This document shows positions 26,382 to 32,000 of a DNA stretch of 32,000 bases, in pieces (the first letter of the stretch is position 1; each line of letters opens with the position of its first letter). A program made the position numbers and the translations under genes. The notes under the pieces were generated by a model. That model was not told the DNA's origin. It saw only the letters and a list, made by a program, of their open reading frames with translations, and did not search any database. Source of the DNA: Erysipelothrix larvae. GTDB lineage: Bacteria; Bacillota_I; Bacilli_A; Erysipelotrichales; Erysipelotrichaceae. The DNA is taken from positions 270,001 through 302,000 of the forward strand of contig NZ_CP013213.1 in NCBI RefSeq assembly GCF_001545095.1, written 5' to 3'.

Positions 26382-27017
26382 TTAGAAAAGTCGTTTCTCA
26401 AGTAATGTAAAGTCTGATTCAGAGAAGGTATATTTACCACGTACATGTAAACGGACGGGTTCTTCTTGGGATGTATCAAGGATGACAAAGTCAACATCGA
26501 CCTCCATCAGTCCATTTTGAATGTATACCGATGATAGGTTGTCAAGGATTGAGACAACTCCGGATTGATCTTGAATGTTAATAACATTTTTCTTAAGTTG
26601 CTTGGCAGACTTGTTATATTGAATGAGATCGATTGTGAATTGTAGTTGTGAGCAGTGTTGTGATCCATCAAGATAAAATGCATCTTCAAATAGAATGGTT
26701 TTGGATTCACCAACTTGATAGGAAGTTCCATATTGAGGTTGACCTAAGGTATTTTTGTTGCATGTGTTCAGTGCGCTTTTTTGTTGGATTTTTGGTTGAA
26801 CAAGGAAATAGATTCCACCAATACCTCCACAAATTGCGATACAAAGAATATAAATGAGTAATGTTTTAAAGCGTTTATTTCTAAAGCACTCAAAAAGCAT
26901 GAAACCGATACTAATAATCACAATTCCTGCAAGACATAGTTCAATCATTATTGATACTCCAATCTTTGTATTCTTGATATTAATGGTGATGTCACTGTGA
27001 ATGATGCTGTCTGACAT
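26382..27017 (-). CDS. Hypothetical membrane-anchored protein (two N-terminal TM helices plus a ~130-aa soluble domain)
   Basis: TM segments IELCLAGIVIISIGFMLF and LLIYILCIAICGGIGGIYFLV. No motif recognised. An alternative start at ATG 26948 (preceded by GGAG) is as likely as 27017. Confidence 0.55.
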   Translation of the reverse strand: MSDSIIHSDITINIKNTKIGVSIMIELCLAGIVIISIGFMLFECFRNKRFKTLLIYILCIAICGGIGGIYFLVQPKIQQKSALNTCNKNTLGQPQYGTSYQVGESKTILFEDAFYLDGSQHCSQLQFTIDLIQYNKSAKQLKKNVINIQDQSGVVSILDNLSSVYIQNGLMEVDVDFVILDTSQEEPVRLHVRGKYTFSESDFTLLEKRLF

Positions 27018-27095
27018 CGCGAAAACGTCGTACTCACCGGTAATAATGGGTGTTTGTCATACTTATTATCTTAAGTATAGCATGAAATCAAGGGT

Positions 27096-27713
27096 TCACT
27101 GTGTTTCATTTTGCGATGAGGCTTGAGCCTCTTCGACGTGTTGGTCCCAATAGTGTGTGTCTTCATCAGTAATTTGGCGTAAGACACGACAAGGGTTTCC
27201 TACCGCAATGACATTATCTGGAATATCTTTGGTTACAACGGAACCCGAACCAATGACTGTATTATTGCCAATGGTTACACCTGGATTTACAGTAACGCTT
27301 CCACCAAGCCAAACATTGTCACCAATGGTGATGGGTTTTGCGCCTTCAATGCCGGTGTTTCGTGCATGGGGGGTAAGTGGGTGAATGGGTGTATAAAGGG
27401 ATACATTTGGTCCAAACTGACAGTTATCTCCAATGGTGATAAGGGCAGAATCGAGGACTGTGAATCCAAAATTCGCAAAGAAGTTTTCGCCTATATGGAT
27501 ATTGAACCCATAGTCACATCGAAAGGGTGGTTCGATTAGAATGTGTTCCCCGATATTTCCTAGGAAATCTTTAAGCAAGGCTTTTCTTTGGTCACGATCC
27601 AGTGACTGATTGAACTGGTGTATTTGCGAGCGTGCATGAGCGCGTAGTTTTACAAGTTGCTGATCCGCAGGATCATAAAGTTGTTGTGAAATCATTTTTG
27701 TATATTGAGACAT
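27096..27713 (-). CDS. maa: Maltose/galactoside O-acetyltransferase family (left-handed beta-helix hexapeptide acyltransferase)
   Basis: RBS GGAGGAA. N-terminal Mac-type segment MISQQLYDPADQQLVKLRAHARSQIHQFN. Hexapeptide repeats IGDNCQFGPNV and IGDNVWLGGSVTVNPGVTIGNNTVIGSGSVV. Confidence 0.88.
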   Translation of the reverse strand: MSQYTKMISQQLYDPADQQLVKLRAHARSQIHQFNQSLDRDQRKALLKDFLGNIGEHILIEPPFRCDYGFNIHIGENFFANFGFTVLDSALITIGDNCQFGPNVSLYTPIHPLTPHARNTGIEGAKPITIGDNVWLGGSVTVNPGVTIGNNTVIGSGSVVTKDIPDNVIAVGNPCRVLRQITDEDTHYWDQHVEEAQASSQNETQ

Positions 27714-27876
27714 TTGTTTCCTCCAAATTATTCATATTAATCATACTTTATTATTGAAAGGGTTTCCATAGCTATTGCAAAGAAATAAGATTTCAAAGGG
27801 TTGGTTGTGTTAGGGGGTATTTGTGATATTTTTTTGAAAGTATCCCAACTTATGTGGACTCTTGTTTCGTTTCACG

Positions 27877-27882
27877 TATAAT
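27877..27882 (+). promoter_or_regulatory. Candidate -10 box (TATAAT) for the HAD phosphatase gene
   Basis: TATAAT at 27877-27882 lies 6 nt upstream of AGAGGTGA (27889-27896). No good -35 found. It overlaps the track's ATG 27881, which argues for the GTG 27902 start. Confidence 0.3.
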
Positions 27883-27901
27883 GTACAAAGAGGTGAGTGA
27901 A

Positions 27902-28744
27902 GTGGATATTAGAGCAATTATTTTGGATATAGATGGGACACTGGCGAAAAGTGACCACACAATTAGTAATCGTACAAAGCAAAAGTTAGAGTTAGCACAA
28001 AAGAAGGGTATTAAAGTCGTTTTAGCATCAGGTAGACCAACACCTGGAATGCATTATTATTCAAAGACGTTAGGATTGGAACATCATCAAGGGTTGATTG
28101 CATCCTATAATGGTGCATGCATTACCGATTGTACATCAGATACAGTAATCTATGAAAATACAGTTGAACCAGAACTTGCACAAAAGTTCTTAAAGCATTG
28201 TGAAGATTTTGATGTCATTCCGATGGTAGTGAAGGGTGAGTATTTGCTTGTGAATGATGCATACCCTAAGGATGTAAATATTAATGGTACTTATGGAAAT
28301 ATTATAAAAAATGAAGCTCGTGTTTGTAATTTAAAAGTTATGGAAGTAGATTTGAAAACCTACGTAGATTTTCCGGTCTATAAAATCCTGATTTCTGGAG
28401 ATCCTGATGAGCTCATTGAAATGTATGATGCACTTAAAGAACCCGTTGAGGATGACATGACCGTCGCGTTTTCTTCACCATTCTTTATTGAATTCACAAG
28501 TAAAGGTGTCAACAAGGCGTTTGCCTTAGATTCAGTTCTGCATAAGTATGGGATTGACCAAAGTCAAACCATTGCTTTTGGTGATAGTCATAATGACTTA
28601 GCATTGATTCAATATGCAAACATTGGTGTCGCAATGGGAAATGCTGTGGATGAAGTGAAAAAGTCCGCAGACCTCATTACCTTAACAAACAATGAAGATG
28701 GGATTGCACATATCCTTGACCAATATATCAACGAGCTGCCTTAG
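27902..28744 (+). CDS. Cof-type HAD-IIB phosphatase (sugar-phosphate phosphatase, YidA-like)
   Basis: GTG 27902 lies 5 nt after AGAGGTGA. Motif I ILDIDGTL, motif II LASGR, motif IV GDSHNDL, Cof-type cap between them. Confidence 0.88.
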   Translation: MDIRAIILDIDGTLAKSDHTISNRTKQKLELAQKKGIKVVLASGRPTPGMHYYSKTLGLEHHQGLIASYNGACITDCTSDTVIYENTVEPELAQKFLKHCEDFDVIPMVVKGEYLLVNDAYPKDVNINGTYGNIIKNEARVCNLKVMEVDLKTYVDFPVYKILISGDPDELIEMYDALKEPVEDDMTVAFSSPFFIEFTSKGVNKAFALDSVLHKYGIDQSQTIAFGDSHNDLALIQYANIGVAMGNAVDEVKKSADLITLTNNEDGIAHILDQYINELP

Positions 28745-28757
28745 GGCAGTTTTTTTA
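28736..28757 (+). terminator. Intrinsic terminator after the HAD gene
   Basis: CTGCC (28736-28740) pairs with GGCAG (28745-28749), loop TTAG contains the stop codon, followed by T7. Confidence 0.6.
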
Positions 28758-28766
28758 AATTAGTAC

Positions 28767-28812
28767 TTGACAAAGAGCGTAAGTGATTATACTGTATATA
28801 TGTGTATATACA
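28767..28812 (+). promoter_or_regulatory. Promoter region with a palindromic operator for the GntR/ABC operon
   Basis: TTGACA at 28767-28772 and TATACT at 28788-28793, with a short 15-nt spacer. Immediately downstream is a perfect inverted repeat TGTATATA-TGTG-TATATACA (28793-28812), ending 3 nt before the RBS AGAGGTGA. Confidence 0.5.
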
Positions 28813-28826
28813 TCAGAGGTGAATTT

Positions 28827-29210
28827 ATGAAAATTGTACTATCAAATCGGTCTTCAGTGCCAATCTATGAACAAATCAAACAACAAATTATTGAAGCAAT
28901 ATTAGCTGGGGATGTGCAGGCGGATGATCTTTTGCCTTCGATCCGACAATTGGCCAAAGATTTAAAAATCAGTGTCATCACGACAACACGGGCATACAAA
29001 GACTTAGAATCTGAAGGGTATGTTGTGAATGTTCAAGGAAAGGGTTGTTATGTCTTGCCAATCAATCCAAGCATTAATTATGAAAATACGATGCGACAAA
29101 TAGAAGCTCACTTTTTTGAAGCGTTTGAATTGGCTTCAAGGATTCAATGTTCAGAAGAAGAATTGATAGAAATACTGAGAACAATTATGAAGGAGAGTCA
29201 TGATGCGTAA
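28827..29210 (+). CDS. GntR-family transcriptional regulator, YtrA subfamily (short C-terminal domain)
   Basis: ATG 28827 follows AGAGGTGA. Winged HTH LPSIRQLAKDLKISVITTTRAYKDLESEGYV. About 127 aa. Overlaps the ABC ATPase start. Confidence 0.9.
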   Translation: MKIVLSNRSSVPIYEQIKQQIIEAILAGDVQADDLLPSIRQLAKDLKISVITTTRAYKDLESEGYVVNVQGKGCYVLPINPSINYENTMRQIEAHFFEAFELASRIQCSEEELIEILRTIMKESHDA

Positions 29211-30072
29211 TGCTATTGAAGTCAAAAACCTAACAAAACACTTTAAAACATTTACCTTAGACACGGTGTCTTTTACAGTACCCAGGGGATACATCACCGG
29301 GTTTATTGGACCAAATGGTTCTGGGAAAACAACGACAATCAAATCAATGCTGTCAATGATAAAAGCAGATGGGGGAGAAATTCAGGTCTTAGGCAAGACG
29401 ATTTCTTCAAAAGATGTAGCGTATATGCAAGAGATTGGGGTGGTTATGGATTCGCCCACACTTGTAAAGGAATGGACCATGGTAGAAGTGAATCAGGTGT
29501 TTTCCTTATTTTACTCAAATTGGGATGAAACCTGCTTCTTCAATTATCTAAAACGCTTTTCAATAGACACGTCCTTACGCGTTCAAGAACTATCACGGGG
29601 TATGGGTGTGAAATTGATGATTGCTGTGGCCTTATCCCATGAAGCGAAAATTTTAATTCTTGATGAGCCAACCAGTGGACTTGATCCTGTAGCACGTGAA
29701 GAAGTGTGTGACTTATTGCAAGAGTTTGTATGCGATGAAGCACATACAGTCCTATTTTCAACCCACATTACGTCAGATTTAGAGGCGATCGCGGATAACA
29801 TTGTCTTTATTCTAAATGGTTCGATCCTATATTCTGGTCCAACACAAGATCTTCTAGAACGGTATGTGATTGTTAAGGGGGGATTGGATGATCTTGAGGG
29901 ACTTGATGCAAGTACATTAATTGGACTTAAGAAACATTCGACAGGATTTGAATGTATGATGCTTATCGAAAAGATTTCATCAAATTCAAATGGGTTATTG
30001 ATTGAACCCATCACACTGGACCAGATTATTATTTTCTTTAACCGTGGAGGTACACATGAAAGCAATTCATAA
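29200..30072 (+). CDS. ABC transporter ATP-binding protein (YtrB-like, with C-terminal extension)
   Basis: Walker A GPNGSGKTT, signature LSRGMGVK, Walker B ILILDEPTSGLD, H-loop FSTHI. Start at ATG 29200 or 29203. Confidence 0.92.
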   Translation: MMRNAIEVKNLTKHFKTFTLDTVSFTVPRGYITGFIGPNGSGKTTTIKSMLSMIKADGGEIQVLGKTISSKDVAYMQEIGVVMDSPTLVKEWTMVEVNQVFSLFYSNWDETCFFNYLKRFSIDTSLRVQELSRGMGVKLMIAVALSHEAKILILDEPTSGLDPVAREEVCDLLQEFVCDEAHTVLFSTHITSDLEAIADNIVFILNGSILYSGPTQDLLERYVIVKGGLDDLEGLDASTLIGLKKHSTGFECMMLIEKISSNSNGLLIEPITLDQIIIFFNRGGTHESNS

Positions 30073-30739
30073 TTTTATTAAACTCGATTTTCTTACAATC
30101 AAACCATTCTTAACGCTTAAAAATATCATGATTTACTTAGGGATTGCTGGATTTTTCGCATTCAGTAATCAATCAATCAGTGCATCAATGGCAATGATGA
30201 TGATGTTTATCACTATCTATGTTAGTTACCCATTTGCGGTAGGAGATCAAAATGGTATTGATACCTTATATATCATTTGTGGCATTGATAAAAAACACGT
30301 AGTTCAAGGGCGATATCTTTGGATGTTATTGATGAATTTTATCGGTGCATTGTGCTCGCTTGGTGTGGCATATGTGTTTTCATGGCTATTTAAGATTCCC
30401 ATGAATCATACTGAAACAATCGCGATATTTGTAGGATTACTGGGGGTGTTTATCGTGATGCAAGCGACACAACTTCCCATCTTCTTTAAAGTTGGGTATA
30501 TAAAAGCAAAGACGTATACCTACCTATTAATGGTAACAATGATGGCCTTAATTGTGGGTTCTTCCTATCTGTTATCGCAAGTTATGAGCATCCAAACCCT
30601 CGCATTTCTAGCCAGCCATCTGTGGCTGATTGTGGTCATCGGAGGGTGTTTGGTGTTAGCTGCGCTTGGGGTTTCTTACTTTCTGTCACTAAAATTTTAT
30701 GAAAACCGCGAAATGACAATATCCCACTCACAAAGTTAA
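30056..30739 (+). CDS. ABC-2-type membrane permease partner (about 6 TM helices)
   Basis: ATG 30056 follows GGAGG and overlaps the ATPase gene by 17 nt. Hydrophobic throughout. Assigned by its position in the GntR/ATPase/permease triad, with no diagnostic motif. Confidence 0.7.
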   Translation: MKAIHNFIKLDFLTIKPFLTLKNIMIYLGIAGFFAFSNQSISASMAMMMMFITIYVSYPFAVGDQNGIDTLYIICGIDKKHVVQGRYLWMLLMNFIGALCSLGVAYVFSWLFKIPMNHTETIAIFVGLLGVFIVMQATQLPIFFKVGYIKAKTYTYLLMVTMMALIVGSSYLLSQVMSIQTLAFLASHLWLIVVIGGCLVLAALGVSYFLSLKFYENREMTISHSQS

Positions 30740-30822
30740 GGTCTTATTATGAAACTTTGTGCATGTTTTCATAAACATATCTAATTTGTTGTCGCTCATA
30801 TAAATACTTCTTTACAGAAATA

Positions 30823-30831
30823 TGGTAAAAT
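30823..30831 (+). promoter_or_regulatory. Candidate extended -10 promoter element for pepF
   Basis: TGGTAAAAT (TGnTAnAAT type) lies 31 nt upstream of the pepF ATG. No clear -35. Confidence 0.35.
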
Positions 30832-30862
30832 TGAGCTTAAGGAACAAAAGGAGATATGAAAC

Positions 30863-32000
30863 ATGGCAAATGTGAAAGAATTACCTTCACGTAAAGATGT
30901 GAAGCTTGAAGATACTTGGGATCTGACGCCAATTTTCGAAAACGACGCAGCATGGAACGATGCGTTTGATGCAGTGGTTTCAGAAATGGATAAGATTGCC
31001 AACTATAAAGGTACTTTAGGTAAAAGTGCCGCCAGTCTTCTTGAAGGACTGAAATTTAGAGATGATTTAAGTCATCGTTTGGAGCTGTTGTATGTGTATG
31101 CTCATTTAAATTTTGACGTAGATACAACCGACCCCCAAGCACAAGCAATGAGTGGCAAAGTGATGTCATTGGTTGCGAAGTTTAGTGCAAATTTCTCATT
31201 TTATGACACAGAACTGTTATCAATTGATGAGAAAGTATTGCGTGAGTATCTCGAAACAAATGAAGGGCTATCCCTTTATAAACACCAGTTTGATCAATTA
31301 TTTAAGTCTCGCGAACATATCTTAAGTGAAAAAGAAGAAAAAATCTTAGCGGGTGCTGGAGAAGTGTTCTCAAGCCCTTCACAAACATTTGGAATGCTCA
31401 ATAACGCGGACATTATCTTCCCAACCATCAAGGATGAACACGGCGAAGATGCGCAATTATCACATGGTCGTTATGCACTCTTTATGGAGAGTAAAGATCG
31501 TAATGTACGTAAAGAAGCATTCTTGGGAATTCATGAAACTTATGGAAAACTTAAAAATACCCTTGCGAGTACATTAACCGGCAATGTTAAAGGTCAAAAC
31601 TTTAAAGCAATATTGCGTGGGTTTAACTCAGCACGTCATGCTGCGTTGTTCTCAAATCATATTGATGAATCAGTATTTGATGCCCTCATTGATGGTGTTC
31701 ATCAAAATATTGGCCTACTCCATGATTATGTTGCCTTGCGACAAGATGCTTTAAAGGTTGATGATATTCAAATGTATGATATCTATGTACCAATGGTTGA
31801 AGATGTTGACCTTAAGTTTACATATCATGAAGCTCAAGAAATTATTCTTGAAGCATTGGGTGTGTTAGGCGATGAATATCGTTCAGTCCTTAAGCGAGCA
31901 TTCTCTGAACGGTGGATCGATGTGACTGAGAATAAAGGGAAACGCAGTGGTGCTTATTCATCTGGTGTCTATGGAACAAACCCTTACATCTTGCTCAACT
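30863..32000 (+). CDS. pepF: Oligoendopeptidase F (M3B family), 5' part; continues beyond the window
   Basis: Missing from the ORF track because no stop is reached. ATG 30863 lies 8 nt after AAAAGGAGA. The open frame reads MANVKELPSRKDVKLEDTWDLTPIFENDAAWN…LYKHQFDQLF…LSEKEEKILA…RGFNSARHAALF…GKRSGAYSSG, typical of the PepF N-terminal two-thirds. The HExxH site lies beyond 32000. Confidence 0.9.
   Translation, partial: MANVKELPSRKDVKLEDTWDLTPIFENDAAWNDAFDAVVSEMDKIANYKGTLGKSAASLLEGLKFRDDLSHRLELLYVYAHLNFDVDTTDPQAQAMSGKVMSLVAKFSANFSFYDTELLSIDEKVLREYLETNEGLSLYKHQFDQLFKSREHILSEKEEKILAGAGEVFSSPSQTFGMLNNADIIFPTIKDEHGEDAQLSHGRYALFMESKDRNVRKEAFLGIHETYGKLKNTLASTLTGNVKGQNFKAILRGFNSARHAALFSNHIDESVFDALIDGVHQNIGLLHDYVALRQDALKVDDIQMYDIYVPMVEDVDLKFTYHEAQEIILEALGVLGDEYRSVLKRAFSERWIDVTENKGKRSGAYSSGVYGTNPYILLN

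Noticed and set aside
29583-30065. 160-aa minus-strand ORF
   Set aside because: Fully antisense to the ABC ATPase, whose Walker A, signature and Walker B motifs are unambiguous.
30796-31577. Track ORFs 30796-31002 (minus) and 31353-31577 (plus)
   Set aside because: Both lie within or antisense to the long open pepF frame that starts at 30863. The track omits pepF only because it has no stop inside the window.

Overview
Low-GC Firmicute-type chromosomal window (GGAGG-type RBSs, tRNAs with encoded CCA). I cannot assign a species. The more AT-rich left half (about 0.7-17.4 kb, judged by eye) is a Wzy-dependent capsule/exopolysaccharide locus. In order it encodes a CpsC-type co-polymerase, a CpsD-type tyrosine kinase, an initiating phosphoglycosyl transferase, a WbuB-like GT4, wecC, wecB, three further glycosyltransferases with a Wzy polymerase among them, an orphan P-loop kinase-like protein and a MurJ-type flippase. 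wecB is cleanly split by an intact 2380-bp IS21-family element (istA/istB, imperfect terminal inverted repeats, 5-bp ATAAA target duplication). The locus ends at a two-gene tRNA operon (tRNA-Asn, tRNA-Glu, minus strand). Beyond that lie a 5'-truncated, stop-containing remnant of a family-5 ABC solute-binding protein gene and about 1.37 kb with no ORF of 60 aa or more. The right half looks like ordinary core/accessory metabolism. It holds an AraC regulator with PTS EIIC, EIIB, a ROK kinase and an esterase; a His-rich P1B-4-type metal ATPase with a consensus promoter and a 34-bp palindromic operator; a small membrane protein; a Maa-type O-acetyltransferase; a Cof-type HAD phosphatase; a YtrA-type GntR/ABC ATPase/permease module; and the 5' part of pepF running off the window. 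I saw no CRISPR array, no recognisable defence, toxin-antitoxin or prophage module, and no rRNA. The leads most worth follow-up are the IS21 knock-out of wecB, the P-loop kinase-like gene translationally coupled to a glycosyltransferase, the MurJ-type flippase serving a locus that has no Wzx, the PTS/ROK/esterase cluster with no glycoside hydrolase, and the decayed ORF-poor stretch at the locus boundary. All calls come from reading motifs and junctions by eye. No searches or folding calculations were run.
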